Notes under the pieces: model-generated | Database searches by the model: none | Seen by the model: only the letters and a program-made list of their open reading frames with translations | What the model was told of the DNA's origin: nothing | Translations under genes and position numbers: made by a program | Shown here: piece by piece, positions 17,526 through 25,556 of the stretch | Layout of the letters: the number at the start of each line of letters is the position of its first letter | How positions within the stretch are numbered: the stretch's first letter is position 1 | Origin: Betaproteobacteria bacterium | GTDB taxonomy: Bacteria > Pseudomonadota > Gammaproteobacteria > Burkholderiales > SG8-39 | Direction of reading: 5' to 3' | Assembly: GCA_037443705.1 (NCBI GenBank) | Contig: JBBINV010000009.1 | Span: forward strand, 8,561-72,560 | Length of the DNA: 64,000 bases

Positions 17526-18590
17526 ATGCCTGCCTTGGATTGGTCCGGCGCCGAAGCGGTGCTCCGTATCGCCCTCGCCGCGCTCGGGATATTCGTGGCG
17601 CTCCTTTCGGGCTTCGCGCTGCGCGCGCGGCCTGCCGCGCGCGCGTTTGCGGCGCTCTGCGCGCTCTGCACCGCTGCGTACGCGATCTGCACCGGCGGAG
17701 CGTTTCCTTCTGTCATTCTGCTCTTTCTCTGCGCCGCGCTCCCCGCCGCCTTCTGGGCGTTCGCCAACGCGTGGTTCGACGACGAGTTCCCTGCGGACGC
17801 ACGCGCCTGGCCGGTGATCGCGGCCACGGGCGCACTGGGCCTCGCCGGCGGCCCGTTCGACATCGCGCGGCGCCTGATTGCCCTCGCACTGGCCGCGCAC
17901 GCGCTGTTCGTTCTCTGGCGCGGGCGACGCAGCGATCTTGTGGAAGAGCGCCTTGGCGCGCGCCGCGCGGCGCTCTGGATCGCCGGCGCGTACGTGATCG
18001 GCGTGCTCGCGGTGGAGCTCTGGACCGGCGGCGCGCAGGTTCCGGCGTGGGTGCAGGCGCTCAACCTCGGCGCGATCTGGCTCGTAACCGCGGCTGCTGC
18101 GATCACGCTGACGCGGTGGGACTTGAGGGAACCCGCGGAGCCGTCATTCCTGCGAAAGCGGGAATCCATGGATCTGGGTCCCCGATTGAATCGCTCGGGG
18201 GCGACGACCGTTCGCGGGAATGACGAAGCAGCGGCCACACGGCCCATACCCGCGGACGAAAAGCTCCTCGCCGCCCTCGAGCGCACGATGCGCGAGGAGC
18301 ACCTGTACCGGCAGGAAGGGCTCACGATCGCCGCGCTCGCGAAGCACCTCGGGACGCAGGAGCATCGCCTGCGGCACGCGATCAACAAGGGCCTCGGGTA
18401 CCGCAATTTCAACGAGTATCTGCACCGCTACCGGCTGGAGGAGGTCGCCGAGCGGCTGAAGCGCGCGGAGGACGCGCACCTGCCGATCCTCACGCTCGCG
18501 CTGGAAGCCGGCTACGCCTCGATCGGGCCGTTCAACCGCGCCTTCAAGGCACGCTACGGGGTGACGCCGAGCGCTTTCCGGTCCGGCTGA
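17526..18590 (+). CDS. membrane-anchored AraC family regulator
   Basis: about 6 TM segments then HTH (GLTIAALA..INKGLGYRNFNEY..GYASIGPFNRAFK..TPSAFR). Confidence 0.9.
   Translation: MPALDWSGAEAVLRIALAALGIFVALLSGFALRARPAARAFAALCALCTAAYAICTGGAFPSVILLFLCAALPAAFWAFANAWFDDEFPADARAWPVIAATGALGLAGGPFDIARRLIALALAAHALFVLWRGRRSDLVEERLGARRAALWIAGAYVIGVLAVELWTGGAQVPAWVQALNLGAIWLVTAAAAITLTRWDLREPAEPSFLRKRESMDLGPRLNRSGATTVRGNDEAAATRPIPADEKLLAALERTMREEHLYRQEGLTIAALAKHLGTQEHRLRHAINKGLGYRNFNEYLHRYRLEEVAERLKRAEDAHLPILTLALEAGYASIGPFNRAFKARYGVTPSAFRSG
18142..18225. repeat. family A palindrome inserted in frame in the AraC gene
   Basis: CGTCATTCCTGCGAAAGCGGGAATCCA ... TTCGCGGGAATGACG, 84 bp. Confidence 0.8.
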
Positions 18591-18593
18591 TTT

Positions 18594-18647
18594 CGAATTC
18601 GGCCGCAGTCTTTCGGAATCGGCGCGGTTTCGCGCGGAATCGGCGCG
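18594..18647 (+). promoter_or_regulatory. three direct repeats CG(G/A)A(A/T)TCGGC, likely AraC binding sites
   Basis: copies at 18594, 18614 and 18635 (20-21 bp period) upstream of the desaturase gene. Confidence 0.6.
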
Positions 18648-18709
18648 CCGGGACGCGCGCAGGCCGGCACCGTGAGGGCTCCTTTTTCTTTCTGCCTTGG
18701 GAGCACCCG

Positions 18710-19465
18710 ATGCCTTCCGATTGGACCATCCTCGCCTCGATCCTCGCCGCCGACTTCCTGCGCTACGCGATCCCCGCAGCGCTCGCCTGGGGGCTCCTGT
18801 GGGTGGCGTGGCGCGACTGGGCGCCCGAGCGGCGCCTCGCGCCCCAGCCGCCCGGGCCGGAGCAGCGGCGGCGCGAGATCGCCTGTTCGCTGTCAACGGT
18901 AACGATTTTCGCCCTCAACGGCTATGGCATTTACCTCCTCGCGCGCGCCGGGGTCTTCGATATCTACACGGAGGTCGGAACCCGCGGCTGGACGTACTGG
19001 TGGGCGAGCCTCGCGGGGCTCATCCTCGCGCACGACGCATATTTCTACGCGGTGCACCGGCTGCTGCACCGGCCGTGGTGGTTCGCGCGCGTGCACGCCT
19101 GGCACCACCGGTCCGTCCACCCGAGCCCGTGGGCGGCGTACGCGTTCCATCCGGTGGAGGCCGTGCTGATGGCCGTGTTCCTGCCGCTCGCGCTCGCGCT
19201 GGCGCCGCTTCATCCCGGCGCGATCTTCGTGTTTCTCGCGCACATGATCCTCCGGAACGTGCTCGGACACTGCGGCGTGGCGCTCACGGCGAAGAACGCG
19301 CTCGGGCGCTGGTACGCGCGTCACTTCACCACGACGCTGCATCACCACCTGCACCACGCCGGCTCGCGCGGCAACCACGGCCTGTACTTCGCCTGGCTCG
19401 ACCGCTGGCTGGGCACCGAGATCCCCGCCTATCGCGAGCGCTTGAAGGGGTTTTTCGCGTCATGA
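18710..19465 (+). CDS. sterol desaturase / fatty acid hydroxylase family protein
   Basis: His boxes HRLLH, HAWHH, HHHLHH; PWAAYAFHP. Confidence 0.92.
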   Translation: MPSDWTILASILAADFLRYAIPAALAWGLLWVAWRDWAPERRLAPQPPGPEQRRREIACSLSTVTIFALNGYGIYLLARAGVFDIYTEVGTRGWTYWWASLAGLILAHDAYFYAVHRLLHRPWWFARVHAWHHRSVHPSPWAAYAFHPVEAVLMAVFLPLALALAPLHPGAIFVFLAHMILRNVLGHCGVALTAKNALGRWYARHFTTTLHHHLHHAGSRGNHGLYFAWLDRWLGTEIPAYRERLKGFFAS

Positions 19466-19866
19466 CTCGCCTTGTCTCTGTTCTTTTCACGGCGATTGCC
19501 TCCTCTGCCCTGTCCGCAAACGACAGTCCCCTCGGCGAGTGGTGGACGCCGGGATTCCGCGGGCGTGTGGCGATCGAGCGTTGCGGAGGGTCGCTCTGCG
19601 GGCGCGTGGTCTGGACCTGGGACCCGCGCACTGTGGCGGTCGGCCGCGAGGTGCTGAAGGACCTGCGGCCCGACGGGCGCGGCGGATTCAACGGCGGACG
19701 CGCCTTCAATCCCGACGACGGAAACGACTACGCGGCCTCGCTCCGGATGCTCGACCCGGACCGGCTGATCGTGGAGGGGTGCCTTGCGTTCCTTTGCCGC
19801 GAGCAGGTGTGGCTGCGCGTGGGCTCGCCGCCCGTCCTGCCCGCCCATGCGCGCGGCATGCGATGA
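19462..19866 (+). CDS. DUF2147 family exported protein
   Basis: signal peptide, PLGEWWT, CGGSLCGRVVW, NPDDG, GCLAFLCREQVW. Confidence 0.85.
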   Translation: MTRLVSVLFTAIASSALSANDSPLGEWWTPGFRGRVAIERCGGSLCGRVVWTWDPRTVAVGREVLKDLRPDGRGGFNGGRAFNPDDGNDYAASLRMLDPDRLIVEGCLAFLCREQVWLRVGSPPVLPAHARGMR

Positions 19867-19913
19867 ATCAATATACTGGCGCTGTCCGCACCGATCGAGC
19901 GAGGGTGAACGCC

Positions 19914-20888
19914 ATGGCCTTCACCGCCAAGTACGACGATTTCCGGTTTCCGCCCGAGTACGCCGCCGCGTTCAGGGGCAAGCGCGTCTTCATCACGGGC
20001 TCCGGAAAAGACCGCGGCATCGGCCAGGCGCTCGCGCTGGCGGCGGCCGCGAACGGCGCGGCGCACGTGGGCGTGCACTTCCATCGCAGCTACCGCGACG
20101 GCTTCGACCTGGTTGCGGCACTGCGCAAGGAGGGCGCACAAGCCTTCGCCGTGCAGGCCGATGTCACGAGCACCAAGGACCTGTGGGCGGCACGCGCCTT
20201 CATGATCGAGCAGATGGGCGGCAAGGGCCCCGACCTCGTGATCTGCAACTCCGGCCTCACCGAGAAGGGCTACCGCTTCGGGCGTGCGCTCCCGGAGGTC
20301 GAAGGCGAGAGCCGCGCCGAGCGCCGCGCGCGCGTGCGCCAGGCGTTCCTCGACGACCTGGCGGAATCGCGCGAGGTGATGAGCACCAAGATCGACGGCT
20401 TCTTCGCCCTCACCCACCTCTGGGCGGGCGAGGCGGTGTACCACAACCAGCCGCTCCAGCTCCTGTACATCTCCTCGATGCAGGCGATCGAGCCCGGCGT
20501 CGCGGTGCCCGGCTACGTGATCGCGAACTGGGCGGTGCTGCGGCTTCCCGAGATCCTGCGCGTCAACCTCGGCAAGGCCTCGAACATGGCGAGCGCCGCG
20601 TGCCTCATGCTCCCCTTCATCCGCACCGGCATGACCGAGGAATACGCCGACAATCCGAAGGTATTCGGCCGCTGGCAGCCGCGCATGCTCGAGCCCTTCG
20701 AGGCCGCGCAGTGCATCGCGCAGCTCCTCTGCCGCCCCGCCGCCGAGCTCAACCTCGGCAACTTCAAGCTCGCCGCCGCCGGCACCGCCGAGAACCTGAA
20801 GCTCACCTGGCGCCAGGTCAGGCTCGAGGCGAGCGACTCACCGCTCGACTGGAGCGAAGCGCAGCCGGTCACGCGCCAGCGGCAATAA
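19914..20888 (+). CDS. atypical SDR family oxidoreductase
   Basis: ITGSGKDRGIG, ADV, CNSG; active-site motif reads YVIAN. Confidence 0.8.
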   Translation: MAFTAKYDDFRFPPEYAAAFRGKRVFITGSGKDRGIGQALALAAAANGAAHVGVHFHRSYRDGFDLVAALRKEGAQAFAVQADVTSTKDLWAARAFMIEQMGGKGPDLVICNSGLTEKGYRFGRALPEVEGESRAERRARVRQAFLDDLAESREVMSTKIDGFFALTHLWAGEAVYHNQPLQLLYISSMQAIEPGVAVPGYVIANWAVLRLPEILRVNLGKASNMASAACLMLPFIRTGMTEEYADNPKVFGRWQPRMLEPFEAAQCIAQLLCRPAAELNLGNFKLAAAGTAENLKLTWRQVRLEASDSPLDWSEAQPVTRQRQ

Positions 20889-20929
20889 GGCACTTGTAAT
20901 ATTCACCCATCGGGGTTCACGTCGGGGCC

Positions 20930-21274
20930 ATGGACCTCGACGACACCCTGCTCGCGCTCGCGGACGAAACGCGCCGCAGCATCCTGCAGCGGCTCGCGGG
21001 GGGCGAGGCGCGCGTCACTGAAGTCGCCGCGCCGTTCGACATCTCGCTCAACTCGGTGTCCAAGCACGTCCGGATCCTTGAGCGCGCGGGGCTTGTTCGC
21101 CGGCGCATCGCGGGGCGCGACCACTTCCTCGCGCTCGAGCCCGGGCCGTTCGACGAGCTCGCGCGCTGGATGCAGCAGACCCGCCACTTCTGGACCCGGC
21201 GCCTCGACCGGCTCGAAGCCGCGCTGCGCGCCGAGGACGCGATCGCCAAAGCCAAACAAAGGAGCAAAAAATGA
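20930..21274 (+). CDS. ArsR/SmtB family regulator
   Basis: ALADETRRSILQRL..SKHVRILERAGLV. Confidence 0.92.
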   Translation: MDLDDTLLALADETRRSILQRLAGGEARVTEVAAPFDISLNSVSKHVRILERAGLVRRRIAGRDHFLALEPGPFDELARWMQQTRHFWTRRLDRLEAALRAEDAIAKAKQRSKK

Positions 21275-21805
21275 AACAGGCTCACGCCACCCTGATCAAG
21301 CCCTCCACCATCCGCTTTCGAGCGCCTGCTGCCCGGGCCGATCGAGCGCGTGTGGGCCTACCTCGTCGAGTCCGACAAGCGCGCCACCTGGCTCGCCGCG
21401 GGCGAGTTCGAATTGCGCGTGGGGGGCCGGATCGAGCTGATCTTCGACAACGACAAGCTCTCCGACGAGTGCGCGCCCGCCGGCGCGCGCGGCTCGGGCC
21501 GGCACAGCTTCGAGGGCCGCATCACGCGCCTCGAGCCCCTGCGCGCGCTCGCCCACACCTGGAGCTGGGACGGCAAGGAGTCGGAAGTGCTCTACGAGCC
21601 GGAAAAGCGCGGCAAGGACGTGCTCCTCACCATCCACCACCGCCTGCCCGACGACGCCGAGCTCAAGACCGCGGTCGGCGGCGGGTGGGAAGCGCACACC
21701 GGCATCCTCGCCGACCAGCTCAACGGCGTGAAGCCGCGCGGCTTCTGGAGCACGCACGCGCGCGCGATGAAGGCGTTCGCCGAGTCGCTCAAACAGATCG
21801 CCTGA
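21271..21805 (+). pseudogene. SRPBCC/AHSA1 family protein with a frameshift near 21317
   Basis: TIRF then ERLLPGPIERVWAYL in another frame (CGCTTTCGAG has one extra T); could be a sequencing error. Confidence 0.75.
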
Positions 21806-21816
21806 GGCGCGCGGCC

Positions 21817-22571
21817 ATGACCACCCACACCACCGGAACGCGCGAACAGTGGCTCGCCGCCCGCCTCGACCTGCTCGCGGCGGAAAAGGACCTGACGCGC
21901 AAGAGCGACGAGCTGGCGCGGCGGCGCCAGGCGCTGCCGTGGGTCCGCATCGAGAAGGACTACCGCTTCGAGACCGACGCGGGAAGCGCCTCGCTCGCCG
22001 AGCTCTTGCTCGGGCGCTCGCAGCTCCTCGTCTACCACTTCATGTTCGGGCCCGACTACACGCGGGCTGCCCGCCGTGCTCCGCGATCGCGGACGGCTTC
22101 AACGGAGTCGCGGTGCACCTCGCCAACCACGACGTGATGCTCTGGGCGGTTTCGCGCGCGCCGCTCGCGAAGCTGCAGGCGTACCGCAAGCGCATGGGCT
22201 GGACCTTCCCCTGGGCGTCCTCGCACGGCGGCGACTTCAACTTCGACTTCAACGTCCAGCTCACCGAGGAGCAGCAGCGCAAGGGCGGCGCCGAATACAA
22301 CTACCGGCGCGAGTCGGCGTGGTTCCCGCAGGGCAACGAAGGGCCCGTAGGCGAAATGGCAGCCATGACCGGGACCGACTCGGCCACCTACACGCGCGAG
22401 CGGCCGGGCATGAGCGCCTTCGCGCTCGAGGGCGGCGCCGTCTACCACACCTACTCCGCCTACGCGCGCGGGCTGGACGGCCTCTGGGGCATGTACCAGT
22501 GGCTCGACCGCGCGCCCCGCGGGCGCAACGAGACCGGCGTCTGGTGGCGCCGGCACGACGAGTACGCGTAA
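21817..22571 (+). pseudogene. DUF899 thioredoxin-like protein with a frameshift near 22060
   Basis: WLAARLDLLAAEK..YHFMFGPDYT then AGCPPCS..LDRAPRGRNE in another frame (one base missing). Confidence 0.75.
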
Positions 22572-22595
22572 CGTTCGAAGGCTGGCGGGCGCCGC

Positions 22596-22624
22596 TTGTC
22601 AAAAGACGTCTGGACGTCTAATAT
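22596..22624 (+). promoter_or_regulatory. sigma70 promoter of the DNA methyltransferase gene
   Basis: TTGTCA-17bp-TAATAT; spacer contains GACGTC twice. Confidence 0.7.
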
Positions 22625-22654
22625 GGTCATGTACTGGATATCCGTCCATATCAC

Positions 22655-23863
22655 GTGGCCAAGAGAACCAAGAAGCGCCCCGGCGAAGTTCGCGATGCCA
22701 TCGTTGAATTCCTCCGCGTCCGGGGCGCAGGCGCGAGCGTCCAGGAAATCGAGTCCGGCGTGCACGACCGGCTCGGCCCGGTACCCTCCTCGTCGATTCG
22801 ATCGTATCTGCGGCTCAATACCCCGGTGCTTTTCGCGCGGATGGACCGCGCCCAATACACGCTCACCGACTCGCTCAAAGGAATCGAGGAGGCGAAGCAG
22901 CGATTGTCTCCGCCCGCGAAGCGGCTGGCTCCATTCGAATTCGGCAATACACACCTGATTCATGACGACTGCCTAATTTGGCTTCGCGAGCGCGACCCGC
23001 AGACCGTTCACGCGGTGGTCACCGACCCTCCGTATGGGCTTTTCGAGTACTCGGACGAGCAGCAGGAAAAACTCCGCAACGGCAAGGGTGGCGTCTGGCG
23101 CATTCCGCCGTCCTTCGACGGCGTCAAACGCTCGCCTCTCCCGCGTTTTACTGTCCTGAAGCCGACCGATCTGCGGTACCTGGAGGAGTTCTTCCTCGAT
23201 TGGGCGCGCCTCCTCGTTCCCGTCCTGGTGCCCGGCGCCAACGTGGTGGTTGCGAGCAATCCCCTGCTGTCCCACGTAGTTTCCGGATCGCTTGCTCGCG
23301 CCGGACTCGAGCGGCGCGGCGAGATCGTGCGCCTCGTCATGACCATGCGCGGTGGCGACCGACCGAAGCACGCGCACGACGAGTTCAACATGGTGAGCGT
23401 CATGCCGCGCTCAATGTGGGAGCCGTGGCTCGTGTTCCGAAAGCCGATCGAAGGCCGCGTACAGGACAATCTTCGCAAGTGGAAGACCGGCGGTTTCCGC
23501 CGCCCCTCGGCGGACAAACCGTTCGGCGACGTGATCGCGTCTGCGCCGACACGAAAGCAGGAACGGGCGCTTGCCCCTCACCCGAGCCTGAAGCCGCAGG
23601 CGTTCTTGCGCCAGCTCGTGCGGGGCGTGCTGCCGCTCGGTGAAGGTGTCGTGCTCGATCCGTTCGCGGGCTCGGGTTCGACGCTGGCGGCGGCGAACGC
23701 GGTCGGCTACAAGAGCATCGGAATCGAGAAGGACGCGCGCTATTTCCAGATCGCGAAAACCGCGATCCCGCGACTGTCCAACCTCAAGCTCGGCGCGATT
23801 TCGTCTAAAGACGATAAATCCAGTTCTGCCGAAGCTTCGCTATTCCCTCTTTATGAAGCGTAG
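22655..23863 (+). CDS. beta-class N6A/N4C DNA methyltransferase with N-terminal winged-helix-like domain
   Basis: VVTDPPY precedes HPSLKP and VLDPFAGSGST; extra ~70-aa N-terminal domain. Confidence 0.92.
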   Translation: MAKRTKKRPGEVRDAIVEFLRVRGAGASVQEIESGVHDRLGPVPSSSIRSYLRLNTPVLFARMDRAQYTLTDSLKGIEEAKQRLSPPAKRLAPFEFGNTHLIHDDCLIWLRERDPQTVHAVVTDPPYGLFEYSDEQQEKLRNGKGGVWRIPPSFDGVKRSPLPRFTVLKPTDLRYLEEFFLDWARLLVPVLVPGANVVVASNPLLSHVVSGSLARAGLERRGEIVRLVMTMRGGDRPKHAHDEFNMVSVMPRSMWEPWLVFRKPIEGRVQDNLRKWKTGGFRRPSADKPFGDVIASAPTRKQERALAPHPSLKPQAFLRQLVRGVLPLGEGVVLDPFAGSGSTLAAANAVGYKSIGIEKDARYFQIAKTAIPRLSNLKLGAISSKDDKSSSAEASLFPLYEA

Positions 23864-24407
23864 CGGTGCGGGTGCCCAGCTCGCCGCGCGGATTCTTCCG
23901 GAAGTCTGCCACCGTTACCTGCCCAAGATAGACCTCCGTGAACGTCAGCGGCCTGCGCTCAACGGCGGGCTCTGATTCGTTGTCGACCTCGTACACGAAT
24001 ACGCACATCCACTGATTCCGCGCGCCGTGCGTATCCACCGCGCCACCTGCCTTGCGCGTCGTCTTCACCTCTACACCCTTGTCGCCGGCTCTTGCCGCGT
24101 TGTCAGGGTAGACGCCTTTGACGATCAGATCCGGATGCCCGTTGTGATAGCCGTTCTCGACGAGGGACCGCGAATGCTTGGCGAGGCTCGCGGTGAGCAT
24201 GTCGGAAAGAATTCCCGACGTAATCGCGGGTCGGAGCATGTCGTCCAGGCGGCTCAGACTCTTGTTGACGAGCCACTGGTTCACGTCGAAGAAGAAATCG
24301 TAGACATCCTGCATTGCGATTTCGAAATCTTTCAGGCGCAGCTCGAACGGCAGCGCGGCCTTCGGGTTGAACTTCGACGTGTCGACGGAGTTTCGCTGCA
24401 GCGCCAT
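23805..24407 (-). CDS. putative type II restriction endonuclease (PD-(D/E)xK)
   Basis: HPDL...GVEVK motif; 200 aa; convergent with and overlapping the MTase; lower GC than flanks. Confidence 0.7.
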   Translation of the reverse strand: MALQRNSVDTSKFNPKAALPFELRLKDFEIAMQDVYDFFFDVNQWLVNKSLSRLDDMLRPAITSGILSDMLTASLAKHSRSLVENGYHNGHPDLIVKGVYPDNAARAGDKGVEVKTTRKAGGAVDTHGARNQWMCVFVYEVDNESEPAVERRPLTFTEVYLGQVTVADFRKNPRGELGTRTATLHKEGIAKLRQNWIYRL

Positions 24408-24457
24408 CCCTGATCCAGCCGGCGGCAAGGGCCGGTCACTTGTTGTGTCTGGCGACA

Positions 24458-24486
24458 AAGATACCGGGACTCGCCGCGGTCCGCAA
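24458..24486 (-). promoter_or_regulatory. putative sigma70 promoter of the nuclease gene
   Basis: minus strand TTGCGG-17bp-TATCTT. Confidence 0.4.
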
Positions 24487-24500
24487 AACCGCGCCAAGAA

Positions 24501-25556
24501 CTACCGCAGTGCTGCGTTAATCCTTTCCAGCATCCCCGCCCCCGGGCAAAGATCCTTCTCGCCGAGGGTGTTGAACGGCGCGTCGAAGGTGTTGAGGTGC
24601 GCGTGGAGGTCCTGGGCGTCGGGCGAGAGGTAGAGAAGGCCGGTGAGGACTTCACCCTTGGCGGCGGCGGTGGCGATGCGGGTCTGGGCGTTGATGCGGT
24701 CGCTCGGATCGTAGCCGGCGTCGAGCTTGCGGAGCTTGAGGATGGAGCCGTCGTGCTGCGCGACTTCGATGACGCCGCCTTCGGAGTAATCCACGGTGAT
24801 CGCTTCGCGGCTCGGCCAGAAATCGAGCCGGTTGACGGCTTCGTTGTGCTCGCGGATGTAGTCGTAGCTCTTGGTGCTGCCGGCGTGGTTGTTGAACGCC
24901 ACGCACGGGCTGATGACGTCGAGGAAAGCCGCGCCGGGGTGGGCGATCGCCGCCTTGATGAGGGGCACGAGCTGCTTTTTGTCGCCGCTGAAGCTGCGCG
25001 CGACGAAGGTGGCGCCCATGAGGAGCGCGAGGCTCACGGTGTCCACGGCGGCGTCGGCGTTGACCGCGCCGCGCTTGGATTTCGAGCCTGCGTCGGCGGT
25101 GGCGGAGAACTGGCCTTTGGTGAGGCCGTAGACGCCGTTGTTCTCCAGTATGTAGGTCATGTTGACGCCGCGGCGCATGACGTGCGCAAACTGGCCGATG
25201 CCGATGGAGGCCGAGTCGCCGTCGCCCGAGACGCCGATGTAGATGAGGTCGCGGTTGGCGAGGTTGGCGCCGGTGAGCACGGAGGGCATGCGCCCGTGCA
25301 CGGTGTTGAAGCCGTGCGACTGCCCCAGGAAATAGTCCGGGGTCTTGGACGAGCAGCCGATCCCCGAGAGCTTCGCCACCCGGTGCGGCTCGATCGCGAG
25401 GTCGTAGAAGGCCTGGATGAGCGCGGCGCTGATGGAATCGTGCCCGCAGCCGGCGCAGAGCGTGCTGACCTTGCCCTCGTAGTCGCGGCGCGTGAAGCCG
25501 AGCTTGTTCCTGGGAAGCGTCGGGTGGTGGAGACGGGGCTTGGCGAGGTAGGTCAT
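24501..25556 (-). CDS. korB: 2-oxoacid:ferredoxin oxidoreductase beta subunit
   Basis: CAGCG, SGIGCSS, HGR, SGDGD..NN TPP motif. Confidence 0.92.
   Translation of the reverse strand: MTYLAKPRLHHPTLPRNKLGFTRRDYEGKVSTLCAGCGHDSISAALIQAFYDLAIEPHRVAKLSGIGCSSKTPDYFLGQSHGFNTVHGRMPSVLTGANLANRDLIYIGVSGDGDSASIGIGQFAHVMRRGVNMTYILENNGVYGLTKGQFSATADAGSKSKRGAVNADAAVDTVSLALLMGATFVARSFSGDKKQLVPLIKAAIAHPGAAFLDVISPCVAFNNHAGSTKSYDYIREHNEAVNRLDFWPSREAITVDYSEGGVIEVAQHDGSILKLRKLDAGYDPSDRINAQTRIATAAAKGEVLTGLLYLSPDAQDLHAHLNTFDAPFNTLGEKDLCPGAGMLERINAALR

Noticed and set aside
18594-18647. CRISPR-like mini array
   Set aside because: Repeats of about 13 bp with 7-8 bp gaps are far too short and there are no cas genes
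22571-24500. Transposon or integrative element carrying the R-M genes
   Set aside because: No transposase, integrase, terminal repeats or target duplication visible
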